From Balanoglossus misakiensis (Eukaryota; Animalia; Hemichordata): a stretch of 64,000 nt of DNA. Of this stretch, positions 11,767-24,800 are shown one piece after another. Every line of letters starts with the position of its first letter. Positions within the stretch are counted from its first letter, which is position 1. A program made the translations under genes and the position numbers. Location of the stretch: NCBI GenBank assembly GCA_040954595.2, contig CM082590.2, positions 11,062,088-11,126,087 of the forward strand. Reading direction: 5' to 3'. The notes under the pieces were generated by a model, which saw nothing but the letters and a program-made list of their open reading frames with translations, was not told the origin of the DNA and searched no databases.

Positions 11767-14700
11767 CGTCTGGTTTTCAACATCTGTTCAATTCTGTCAC
11801 AAGACAAGTAATGATTATCTCCCCTCATTCGTCATGAGTCTAGGACATAAATATCTGACGTATTTGAATACCACGAGGTTCATAAAACTATTTACCAGGC
11901 AAGAGTCTGGCCATATGTTGCTGTTGTTGGCAACTTGTCACAAACCAGGCCTGCATGTTAACTTTCTGTTCAAACTCATGAAAACCCAACATAAGTACAT
12001 GTTAACATCCTCCGACTCTTCTTAAGGTAAAGTCCGTATAGCTGCCACTTTAGCATATATTAACTAGTGACAGATTTCAATCTTCTCCTCATCCTTAGTC
12101 AACGGGAGACAGATTCGGTAATATAGACAGACATTTATCGTGTCATCAGCTCGCCAATGGAAACTGGGGCGCTGATTTTATTTCATTGAAGACTGATAGT
12201 GATAACACGTACACCTTCATTGTTCTGTTGCAAATGGAATACAACGTGTGTATACACGCGATGAAAACGACGAGGATAAGTTTCGCAACCATAGAAGCGA
12301 TTCTATCGAGTGTGTGTGTTTAATTCGCGTCGCTTGTCACTCGACGCGGAAAGATAAACTATTTCAATTTTGCAAAAACAGATGTTCGGAAAAATCGATG
12401 AGATAATCTGGGTAGACTTTTTAACAATGAACTTTTTTGATGCGAGTGCGATGGTGATCTTTCTTATATACAGTCGGTGGTTGACACTTTGGCTAATATT
12501 ACCGCAGAGACAACGTGTGTGATTGGCTACAAGCGATGCCTTGCCCTTCGTAGCGTACTAATGTCACTTCCGGAGAATAAACTGTCAAGCCACGCAATAT
12601 CTCGCAGGGTCTCGTGCAGTTAAGAAAATGGTCTATTTCCTTGGTAGTGGTTCATATTCTGCGAAAAGCGACGACGGACGCAACTTTGAAAGTATGATTT
12701 TCTCGTTCAGCTCAACATACTAGATACATCCTGAAATGTCGGTCAATCGTTTTACTTGCAGTGTGTACCATCTGTCGCTTAGAGTCAAATACACATGTTG
12801 CATTTCAAACATGAATGTCCAATTCGACAGAATAGAAATGACAAAGCGATTTTGTCATCAGCTTACTTCAATTTTTCTCCGCTTAACACACAACCTCGAC
12901 CTCAAGATCAATTCAAAAGTGGTGTCAGTTTCTTTAACAGTGACAACCGAAGTCTGAACACAACACCTGAATATGCGCGGTTTTGCGGGAAATGACAGCG
13001 ATCAAATTTTGGGACTCTACGTTTTGAACATTTGGTAGTTGGTTTGTACAAATGGTAAAAGCCTATTTAACCTTTTTGTGTAGAATTTATAGGTTATATA
13101 CAATATATTGGCATAAGCTTGTACTAAACATTGTGTTTAACAAATCCGGCCTATTTTTAGTTCACATGTGAACCATCTGTGCACAATCGCACATTCCAAA
13201 CGGCATTAAAAATATATCTTTGTATTGTTTATTTAAAAAATCATTATTTGTCATTTTATAATTAGCGAAATGACAAATCATGATATATGAGAATCAAAAT
13301 TTTCTTTTTCATAACAATGGGTTACAGGTTGTGTGCAACGCCCCATTACGTCATCTCGAGATAATAATAAAAAAAAGAATATGCTTGAACAGCTCTTTTT
13401 GACATATGTCAAAAAGAGGACAACACATAGTTTCATATACAAAGCTTGACTTGAAGTTGTATACTCGCAATGAGTAGCAAATCACCTATTAAAATTTTGA
13501 CATTTCAAATTATTTCAGGTAGAATAATCAAAATAAAAAAACAACTATCCACAAAAGAGAACAAACGCCTTATGTGATCGCGGCCATATGAAAAATAATA
13601 TGTTAGCATTTAATGGACAAAAGTACACCTGGTCCGATGAACACGTTGGCGAGATGAAAATGTTCATTTATTTTTCACAGATGAGCGGCAAAATATTACT
13701 TCATGCGAGATGAATTCATACTCTAACATACCAGAATGCGAGATTATTATGGGTCGCAGCCTATGGAAACGAGTCCGTAATGAAATATCAACTCGAATTT
13801 GCACAGAAATAGGAGAGGTTTTAAAATTTTCATTTTGGTAGCAAGTATTCGTCAGTGATGTTCGTTTAGAATGGGTTGGTCTTAACACAGATTGCAGTGA
13901 AGTCGAAAATACATACCGAGATAGTCCGAATGACAGCGATGTTGTAGCCACTGAATATACCGATGTGCATTATATAGAATTAGTGGGCCACATACCAACG
14001 CCAACAGCTTGAGAATGAATGACGAATATATGAACCAAATCCCTTACCCAAACACCGACAAAGTCCGCCTTAATCCGAAAGCTGTGGACGCACGGGTGTC
14101 TGTTTCGGCTAAATCCATTTTGACCTCCCCACGTTTGTCGTCTTTCAGTACGGGGACGTGTGTTAATGTAAGGTTATGTTAAGAGCGAACTCTCGCAGCT
14201 GACTGTACGAGAGCTCACTGAATGTTGGGTGACAGGAGGCGGGACTTTACATTTAGGATTTGATGAATAGCGGGAACCTGGTGGCCAATCCGTCGAACTG
14301 GACGGAACGGCCATTGGAAACGCGGAATGTCGTAATATTCCAGTCACGTGCGCATCTGTACGCCGCAGAATTATGAAATTACGTATACCCTGTGAATCTG
14401 TGAATGAATGCTGCCATCGAACTCTTTGAACAGAGAGAGAGGGGGGGGGACAGACAGAGAGACATAGAGAGAAAGAGATAGAGAGACAGACAGACAGACA
14501 GACAGAAACAGCGAGAGAGTGACAAAGATGTGCTTACCTAAAAAAAATTATGAAATCATACCGTTACCCAGGAGACGTACCTGCCTATGCTGAGTTTTCG
14601 TTTGATGTACTCAATGTGTTTTGACGCTCTCTTTCCTCTGTTCTGATTGGTCGATTGTTTGGTGACGTCACAAGATGGCGACAGTGGCGGACAGTCGATC

Positions 14701-14774
14701 GACACGGTATCCCTTTCTATCTTGCAACAATTTACGTCAGACAACGGAGTATCGCTTTCTGTGTGTAAAACCAT
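11767..14774 (-). CDS. NOX5: Probable upstream NOX5 exons: 14581-14774 and a 27-nt micro-exon 11767-11793
   Basis: The MDEDT exon is preceded by acceptor ...CAACAG|T ATG (phase 2). The exon 14581-14774 ends GGC AG|GTACGT (phase 2). The micro-exon ACAG|A ATT...AGA CG|GTGAAT is symmetric phase 2-2. All splice in frame. Confidence 0.5.
13393..13418. repeat. Perfect 26-bp palindrome CTCTTTTTGACATATGTCAAAAAGAG
   Basis: Direct reading; possibly the terminal hairpin of a non-autonomous transposon remnant. Confidence 0.8.
14431..14520. repeat. AG/ACAG simple repeat
   Basis: Direct reading. Confidence 0.85.
14643..14682. promoter_or_regulatory. Motif cluster: reverse CCAAT box, full CRE, YY1-type CAAGATGGCG
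   Basis: CTGATTGG at 14643-14650, TGACGTCA at 14663-14670, CAAGATGGCG at 14671-14680. Motif match only; overlaps the putative NOX5 first exon. Confidence 0.35.
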
Positions 14775-17607
14775 AACCAATTTAATAAATATATTTCAAA
14801 AACATGTATTTAATATATGGCTGACAGGGACTACAACTGATTGAAAGCCAGAACCACGAAGCGCGGCGGCGTCCACCTTGATTGGCCGTGAAGTTCTTCA
14901 ATCTTGCATCATGATTGTTCCAATCTATGTTTTGAACAGAAAGCTTACTAAGAAAACATCGTAAATCGCGAATCTTCATTCACACAAAATTATGTGAACC
15001 ATTTCCCTTTGCGTCACAGGTGAATATAAGTCAGTCCGTTCGAAGTAGCTAGAGCAACCGCCTGACTTGTGTATCGTTTATTAGTTTCTGTTTGTTGTTG
15101 GTTCTCACAAATTTAGCCAAGTTGCTTTAACCTTTTGATCGGCGCTAGAAGGACCACGATATAAAATCACGACGCACTATTCTTGACGCACTTAATTATG
15201 GGAGGAGGCGGGGCGCTACACATGGCTGCTCGTGTTACAACATTTGACTATACTGTGTTTTTATCTGTTCGTTCTGCTGTTAAGCTCTTTAGTATGTGAC
15301 TGTCTGTGTTTACGAAGAACGTAACTATTGTGTCACTAAACAGAAGATTATAGGCACTTGCATGACCCCGGCACGACCTTATATATCGGCATTTATGTCG
15401 TGTTTCATCGTGACGTTTTTATATTTTCTTCCTTTGATATAAGAAACCGAGCAAAGTTTTGTTGTGGTGCGCACACTTATCAAAATTATTGGGGATGAAA
15501 AATTGCGTGTAAGTCCGTTAACCATTTGTCAACAATAACAAGTCATTATACAGGCCAAGCAGAATAAGCAGAATACTTTTGTATTGTGAATGTAAATTTA
15601 AAGAAACGCTTGGTTTAGTTTTAAAATTGGCGAAACTAAGCCTAAGGGTTGAACTTTTACCCTAGTTAAAGACTGTGCACAATAACTTTCTATAAATAAT
15701 ACATTCTTGCTTTGTTGGAATGTATTCTTTCTAAACTTCTGCTTCGAAGTCTAAGTCTGTGCCAACGTCCATTAGAATTAATACTAGTAACCGGAGCAAG
15801 TAAACAGTCGTTGGAAGTCCTTACATCGCCTCTCAGTGTTCAACCACTCTTTGTAAAGTGGAAAACACGCAAAGTTGAAGTCGCACATATTCTTTGACTG
15901 CGAGTATCAGCTACAACCGCTTATATCTTTGCGCTTGTACAGAAACGTTCGAAACTAACCTTGGTTTAAACTTTCTGTTGTCGTCGAACTCATTTCTGAA
16001 ACTTCCTCCTCGAGTCGAGTGCCAAGCGCCATGTTGTCGCGATGAACTTCAAGGAACACTGCCCGCTCGGAGAGATTTAGTGGTCATTTCAATCGTGCGC
16101 ATGTGCGCTCGTTTCTGTCAGGAACACGCGTATTTCATGTCACGCTATGCTGAGGGCACCTCCCACTAGTTGATTTAATAAGAATCGTATCGAGAACGGA
16201 ATTTGAAGTGGGGGTAGAGACAATATGATTGTTGTCGACTGCTTTTTTGTGTTCTTGGGGGAGGTCACTCGCATGGAACGTTATTTAAAATCTCTGTTTA
16301 TTATAATTCAACACTCACTGAGGCTTCAAACTCTTTCATCTTCCCTACGCGGGAGAGGAGAGCTGTATTGATAAGGGAAATGATATAAATCGACAAAATC
16401 TCAGTTTAAATCAGGAACATTCGGATTTGTAGATGGAATGCAGGGGGGGCTAGAGTTTGAATAATGGTGTAACTGCAGGCAAATAGGAATGCAATACATC
16501 CAGAATGGACAGAGAAGTATCTTCAATTATCTGATTTAATAGCTCTATATATTCTTAATGTTTACACCGCCTGTTAAACTAAACAAAACATATGACGCAA
16601 GCGTTATATGCCCACGTACTTGAGTGACGTCATGGACGATTTAGGAACACAGAAGTTGTGTTTCTGTTCAGATCAGGTCGAATATTTGTAGAACCATGTG
16701 ACTGACTGACTGGCTGTCTATGTTTCTGTCTGTGTATTAAAATGAAAAACTCCGCGATAATTTCCATGGTTACGGATAGCCCAGAAACCAGGGGATACCG
16801 AGTGTGATTTGGAAATTGTACCAAAGATAGAAATCATCTCTCTAGTGAAAATTTTGGCAGCAGCTGCGCACGCGCGGAAGATAGTATGATAGGCTTTTCA
16901 TCACAATATGTACAAATGTCGACGAAGTTTTGACGATTGTGTGCGCGCCAGCTGAAATCAGATAAACGCGGACAGCGTAGAGGGCACAAAAGACGGAGTT
17001 GGCAAGCGATGAATTGTATGCGCCGATGCAGATAGCTTTGAATGGAGGACCAACGGAATGGTGACCTTGGGAACGAATCAGGGTCTCTAAGAGAAAAGGC
17101 ATGTATTGTGTATAGTGTTACCTCATGTTAAATAGGTTGGAAACTTTTTTTCGGGGGAAAATCTATGAAATTCAACAAAATTATGAAAAGATATCTGGTT
17201 GATAGCCATGCGGCCGTACTATGCGCAGTACTTGTTACATATGTGAATTCTTTTTACATTTGATTTGAAGCATGATATAAAATGATATAAATAAAGAATG
17301 GAAGCATGATATGGAATGTTATTTCAGAAAACTACAACATACATAGTAGTAAAAGTTTTCTGGGGAAATTGAGACATTTTGACGAATACAAAATTTACCT
17401 TTAAACAAATTCAAGTAGAAAAATAGTACCAATACCTTACTTAGATCTTTACATCTACGCCACTTGATCTTGAAGAAGAAAATTCTTGAAAACTGCTGTT
17501 AGACATATTCCACCTGAGATACCAGAAGGCAACTCCGAAAATCAGTGTAATTGAAATTGAGCTGATCTGCCTTACCTTATCTGAAGTTTCGTTTCCAAGC
17601 AACCAGG

Positions 17608-17813
17608 TGACGTCACGGGGCGCGCTTTTGTAAAGTTGTGAGATGAGTGATTAGTCTTTTCTTTAATTAGAATTTACCCATGATGCTCTGATTTATGACA
17701 GACAACTGAAGTTGGCATTTGCATCCAACGTTGGTGTTTGTAAGGTCACGTGACAATTGGAGCCCATTGGGTGTTATCACAGAATATTCCAACTCATGCC
17801 CCTGGGGAAATTT
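17608..17813. promoter_or_regulatory. Candidate enhancer upstream of the EGF-repeat gene (CRE, octamer, CLEAR/E-box, near-kappaB site)
   Basis: TGACGTCA 17608-17615; ATTTGCAT 17717-17724; GTCACGTGAC 17745-17754; GGGGAAATTTC at ~17804. Motif matches only. Confidence 0.35.
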
Positions 17814-18846
17814 CTATACATGATAAACATGCAGCATATTGAACGCAAGTCGCTCTATGTTTGTACTGTCATAAACGACACTGTTAAATCAAAATAACGA
17901 GAGAATACTCATTCGTGTAGTTTTGTTGTTTTGTTGATTGGCAGTTGTAAATTATTATTCTTTTAGCAATGAGATGAATAATCACGACATTCTAGCATTA
18001 CAACCATTAACATTATATTTTTTGGATGAAACGATATTTTCTTTACACACGTGTTCGATGGATTATATACTTTAAAATGATAATTGCCTACACACGCCAA
18101 AATCTGAAACCTCGACATGTTCTTAAAGAGCTGTTAAACTTACTTGTTTGAGAAGTGTTTCTCCAGTTTTCCCACTATCGTCTTGATTTTGACTATTCTC
18201 TGTCGATTTGTTATTCAAATCTGACGAAGCCTCCCGCACCTTCTCGGAAACTGAAGAAGGCAGCAACTTTTGACTATACCAGTGTATTACTGTCGACATC
18301 AGTTGTGTTGACAGACAAATCGTGATGCACGATATACTGTTATTGTTTTAATGTTTATCTTTCCATAGAAACTTAAGCTGCAGCAGCTGTTTACAGATCG
18401 GACAGTTTGTGATAAAAAAGTTGAAGTTCTTTGCAATACTGTGCCCTCTACGTGGAATGTGTAAGCGCAGAAATGAAACAAAACGTAGTTTGACGTCACA
18501 TTTGAGTTGTAAAAGAAAGCAAAAATATGTCAAGAGAATGGAATGTTAAATATCCCAAGTTTTGTAAAGACATATCATAATTTTGAATTTCTTTTTAAAA
18601 CATCCACATAGCGTTTTGAACCGATGTTATGGAATACAAAATAAACAACGATAGCTTGCCAAAAATTCTCAAAACGTTCGAGTTTGTTATGAAAATAGAA
18701 AATGTCGATTATGAGAAAAGAAGTTACCACAGTTTTACACAGCCTAGCCCATAATCGTTGGCGTTGGCGATATATTCGAACTTGTGGGTTTTTGGTTTCA
18801 TCTGTCGCTTCTGGTCGGGCAAGTGAAGCATCCGTACAGCACCACC

Positions 18847-21800
18847 ATGTTGTGGTGTTCCACAGTCGTGGCCTTGTTCGCCATTTTGCTTAGTTTCTCG
18901 TCTGCTTGGCAAGAAGATCTTGAAGAAGGAATGTGTGTCTTTGACGAGAAGTGAGTAGCTATACCCTTCCCTCGACACGTCTTCCTTACAAAGTGTTTCA
19001 CTGGCAAGACACATGTATCGTGGAGATTCTGTCTGAATCGAATCGACGTCGATAGCCGTACGGATTGGCCAAATTCGTTGTTGCCGTAAGAATACTTCCA
19101 AGAATTCACAGTTGTTTTTTTGCTGTTCCCCTTTCCAGGAGTTTTGTGACCACAACAGGTGAAGTGACTGAGTTCCAATGGGAAGAATATGAAGTTCCTT
19201 GTGGATACTTGGATAATGATTTGTGTTTCAGATACAGGTAATTCCCTTTTTCTCGTCTATTTCTGGGAATCTTTCTAGCGATTGCATCTTCAATATCTTC
19301 GCTATATTTCTCTTCCATGTGTCTTGTGAAGTTCTGCGATTTCTTTCTGAAGTTTGTTGATGAGTTATTTAAAGTTGTTTGACTATTCCTAACTCTTCAC
19401 TTTCATGACAGACCCGTCTATGTCGTCACAACCGGCGATGTGCTGAAGACAGAAACTCAAGAAGTCATGCAGTGTTGCCATGGATACATAGAGGAAGATG
19501 GAGAATGCAAACGTAATATCACTATTCATTAAGTGTTTGTCATACCAGATACACCCTTTTTATAAGTCTAGCACCCTCATGCAGCCATCTTGAATTTGAA
19601 CTCGAGGCCAATCGGTAAAGTTGACCAATCGCATGAAGGGGAATTTTCTGTCCTTTCAAATATGGTTTTCTTTGCGTTTGCTTATCGGATGTTGTGGCAG
19701 CCACTGCAGACTTCACTTTAGAAATTCTTACTTACTTTTTGACAGCTGTTTGTGATTTTACCTGTCATAATGGAGGAAAGTGTAGCGCCCCCAATTACTG
19801 TTCCTGCCCGCCCGGATGGACTGGAATTACCTGTAACCAAGGTAACTATTTCATTTACAGCTTTCAACGAATCATTAACATTTTATTTTAAGTAAAAGAT
19901 AACAGTTTCACACATAATTTACATCCACGGAGTACACGCCTTTTGTTTTTGCCTTTTAACTTTATATGTCTAGATTTGTAAAATTTTGCTTGTCCATTAT
20001 TTATTTTAGTTTGTCCAGAGGGGAAATATGGCGTCCACTGCCAAGAAGTCTGTGCATGTCAACATGGTACCTGCGATAGAGAACACGGGATATGCACATG
20101 TGACAACGGTTACCAAGGTATCAGCTGCAGTGATACGTGTGATGTGGGTTTCTATGGTAACAAGTGTCAAAGCAGATGCGAGTGTCACAACAGAGCAGCT
20201 TGCAATAACGTTGACGGCACTTGCGATTGTCTGCCTGGTTTCCGTGGTGATAAGTGTGACAGAGTATGCCCGATTGGTTTCTATGGTTATAGATGTATCA
20301 TAACATGCCAGTGCCGTAATGGCGGTTACTGTCATCCAAGCGATGGATCATGCGCATGCCCACCAGGCTACAGAGGAAGTGTCTGCCAAAGCAAGTGCCC
20401 AGTGGGTTTCTATGGCAATGGCTGCGCTGATAGATGTTTGTGCGAGAACGGAGCTGTCTGCGATCATGTCACAGGAGAGTGCACATGCGCGCCAGGATTC
20501 AGAGGTGAAAACTGCCAGTTCAAATGCTCACGTGACACATATGGTGTTAACTGTGAAAGCGAGTGTGATTGTCTTCATGGTGCTTGTCATCACGTGACTG
20601 GGGTCTGTGATTGTAGTGCCGGATGGATGGGGCAAGACTGTGCAGAAACCTGTTCCAGTGGGTTTTATGGGAAAAACTGCCGAGAGCCTTGTCATTGCCA
20701 GAACAGGGCCAACTGTGATCCAGTCACAGGGGGCTGTTCCTGTACGCCTGGGTGGAAAGGACAATTCTGCAGTGAGCCCTGCGAAAGTGGTTTCTATGGT
20801 GGCCAATGTGCGCTAGTCTGTGGGTGTAAGAATGGCGCTCAGTGTGACCATATTAGTGGTGACTGTGTCTGTCGAGAAGGTTTCACCGGACTCCTCTGTG
20901 ATGAGCTCTGTCCAAGTGGTTTCTATGGTCAGGACTGTGTGTTGGAATGTCAGTGTCGAAATGGTGCAACGTGTGATTCCATTGGGACCTGTTACTGCTC
21001 TCCCGGATGGACTGACTACCTGTGTGCTTTTCCCTGTCCCACGGGAAAGTATGGAGATGACTGTGCAGAAGATTGTGAGTGCCAGAACGACGCTCGGTGT
21101 AATAATGTGGATGGTTCGTGCTCCTGTAAGCCCGGCTGGAAAGGTTTAACATGCAGTGATCCTTGTGAAACAGGGTTCTATGGTTTGGACTGTGTACAAC
21201 GCTGCACATGCCGTAATGGTGGCGTTTGTCATCATATTACAGGAAAGTGCACGTGTACGACTGGGTGGCAGGGATTAAGTTGTGAGCTTCCTTGCATTGG
21301 TGGGTACTACGGCATAGAGTGTGCACAGCCATGTTTGTGTCAGAACGGGGCTACATGCGATAACATAGATGGTTCTTGTACATGCTCTGCTGGGTGGACG
21401 GGAACCACGTGTGACCAACCCTGTGAAGATGGCAAGTATGGACCTAATTGTGAGAGGGATTGTGACTGTCAAAATGGCGGCGTCTGTCATCATGTGGATG
21501 GGTCATGCTCATGCGCAGCAGGCTGGGAAGGAAGTGATTGTTCTCAGAAGTGTCAGTTTGGTTACTTTGGACTCCACTGTGAGCGTCTCTGTGAATGTCA
21601 GAATGCAGTGAAGTGTCACCACAAAACCGGCGACTGTATCTGTCTTGCTGGATGGCGAGGTGAGAAGTGTGACCAACCGTGTCCACAGGGATTCTGGGGT
21701 CGTGACTGTGCCAACCGCTGTGAGTGTCTGAATAGTGCTCATTGTGATACGGTAGATGGTACATGTGTTTGTGCTGCTGGTTGGAGAACCCTGTGTGTTG

Positions 21801-24800
21801 ACATGTGCCCAGAGGGGACTTATGGATTGGGTTGTCTTGGAGTCTGTCTGTGCCAGAATGGTGCTGAATGCAGTCGATTTGATGGTTCCTGTACGTGTAC
21901 TGCTGGCTGGAGAGGTGTGTACTGTACCCACCCTTGTCCACAAGGATGGTGGGGACCCGGTTGCAGAGAGCCGTGCCAGTGTGAAAATGAAGCAGAATGT
22001 GACAGGTAATTGCTCTTGAAAAAGCATAATTGAATTGTCTTGTTTCAAAATAAAAACAAGAAGGAGAACAAAATTGATTCATACACATACAATACTGAAA
22101 ACTGATCCCAATATTAATGTTTTTTTTTATACAGAGTTGATGGTACATGTAGATGTGCCCCTGGTTACCAAGGAGATCGTTGCCAAGACCCCTGCGCTGA
22201 GGGCACGTATGGAGTGAATTGCAACGGGCGTTGCCTATGCCAAAATGGAGGGGAGTGTTCTCCAATTGATGGAAGTTGTTCTTGCCAACCTGGCTATTTT
22301 GGCCTTCACTGCACTTACCTCTGCCAACCTGGTTTTTATGGTCCAGATTGCCGTTCACCCTGCAGCTGCCAGAATGGTGCTCCTTGTTCCCCAGAAGATG
22401 GTATTTGTTCTTGTACAGCTGGTGCGTATTAAAATCAGATTAAAACGTATCAAATTGAGATTTATTATTGAGAGTATATATTTTCAATGTATATACACTG
22501 ATTTCGATTTATTTTCTCATTCAGGTTGGCATGGTGAAATCTGTGATGTTCCATGTCCACAAGGAAGATATGGACCCGGTTGTATACATGCCTGTTCATG
22601 CCAAAATTCTGGAACATGTGATATTTTCCACGGCATTTGTGATTGTTCCCCGGGTTGGTCAGGACCTGCCTGTGAAACCCAGTGTCCACCAGACAAATAT
22701 GGTAAGAATTGCCAACATACTTGTGATTGTGGTAGTGGGGCTAAAATTCCATGTTCTCCTATTGATGGTACTTGTGAATGTTCAGCTGGGTGGACAGGAC
22801 CAAAGTGTGACGTGGAGTGCCAACCAGACAGATATGGAGAAGACTGCAAGCATATTTGCTCGTGTAAGAACGGTGCGGCGTGCGACAGGTTTGATGGAAT
22901 GTGCACGTGCACTCCTGGTTGGCATGGTGAGTACTGTCACGTGCCATGCGATCCACAGAGCTGGGGCGCTCATTGCAGGGAGCCCTGCTTATGTAGAAAC
23001 GGTGCGCTTTGCTCGGCTGTGGATGGAAGCTGTACGTGCCATGCAGGTTGGACTGGTCCGTTCTGTGATGAAGAGTGTCCGAGGAGAGCATATGGCTTGA
23101 ATTGCGAGGAAACGTGTACATGTGAGAATGGTGGTACATGTGAGCCTGTAACTGGCAGATGTGTATGTCCAAGTGGTTTCACGGGTCAAATCTGTCAAGA
23201 TTCTTGTCCAGAGGGATATTTTGGAGAGGACTGTGCTACGCCATGTATCTGTGAAAATGGTGGTATTTGTGACCAAGTCACTGGTGAATGTTTTTGTCCT
23301 CCCGGGTTTTCAAACCTTAAGTGTGACCCATGCCAGGAGAACTTCTACGGGGATTGCACTACACCTTGTCTGTGCAAAAATGACGCTGTATGCAACCCAG
23401 TTGACGGTAGCTGTTCATGCAGGCCAGGATACATGGGCGAGTTCTGCGAGACTGAATGTCCTGATGATATGTTTGGTATCAACTGCGAAGGACATTGTCA
23501 ATGTCAAAATCAGGCAGTTTGCTTACCAGTGGATGGGGCGTGCAAATGCAGAGCTGGTTGGTCAGGGCCGTTGTGTGAATACCGGTGTAATGAAGGGTTT
23601 TATGGCCAAAACTGCCAGAGTGTGTGCTCGTGTGTACATGGGGTTTGTGATCCAGTTGATGGTTTCTGTATGTGTGATAATGGATACATGGGTCAGACAT
23701 GTGAAACAGAATGTCCTAGTGGACTGTATGGTTCAAACTGTGAGAAAAGATGCAGGTGTGGCAATGGAGCTGCATGTAATCCATCAGATGGTAGTTGTGT
23801 CTGTGGTGTCTGCTTCACTGGTCCGGAATGCAGAGAATCTTGTCAAGATGGTTACTATGGTGAGAACTGTGAAAACACCTGTCTTTGTGAAAATGGCGCG
23901 GTGTGTTCTTGTAAAGATGGTTCTTGTGAATGTGGTCCTGGGTGGAGGGGTAGATACTGCAGTGAACCCTGTCCTGAAGGGTTCTATGGTGCTGGATGTA
24001 GAGAAAGGTGTTCATGTGCACACGCGTCTGAGTGTTTAACTACTGATGGCTCTTGCGTTTGTGTAGCTGGATGGACAGGATCGCTCTGTGATATTCCATG
24101 TAGTGATGACACTTATGGTCTTAGATGTGCTGAAGCTTGCAACTGCCGCAATCAGGCAACGTGTTCCCACATAGATGGCACCTGTACATGTGCACCTGGT
24201 TACACAGGTGTACACTGTGAACAGACATGTGTGAATTCCTATGGGTTAAACTGTGAACGACCTTGTAGGTGCGAAAATGACGCTGAATGCGATCCTGTAG
24301 ATGGAACGTGCATCTGTTCAGCTGGTTGGAGTGGTGTCGTCTGTGATGTTCCTTGTACACCTGGCACATGGGGTCCAGGGTGTCTCAAGCAATGCCAATG
24401 CAATAATGGAGGCACTTGTAACTCAGTTACTGGTCGATGCAACTGTCCACCTGGTTTTACTGGGGTCAGTTGCGATGACAATTGTCCGCATGACACTTAT
24501 GGTCTTAATTGCGCTGAGCAATGCAATTGTCGAAATGGTGGCATCTGCTCGCCGGTGGATGGAAGCTGCGATTGTCCGGGATATACAGGGACATTCTGTG
24601 AGAATGTTTGTCAGAACACTTATGGAGAAGATTGCGAACACGAGTGTGAGTGTAGGAATGGTGCTGCTTGTGACCCGGTTGATGGCACCTGCTCTTGTTT
24701 GTCGGGTTGGACTGGCCAGTTTTGTGATCAAAGCTGTGGACCAGGTCAGTGGGGGCCAAACTGTGCCTATATCTGTGATTGTGGCGTGGGAACGTGCGAT

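Noticed and set aside
22245-22524. N-terminus of the 1523-aa ORF as a separate gene start
   Set aside because: It reads a wrong frame of exon 6 and through an intron; the true exon starts at 22525.
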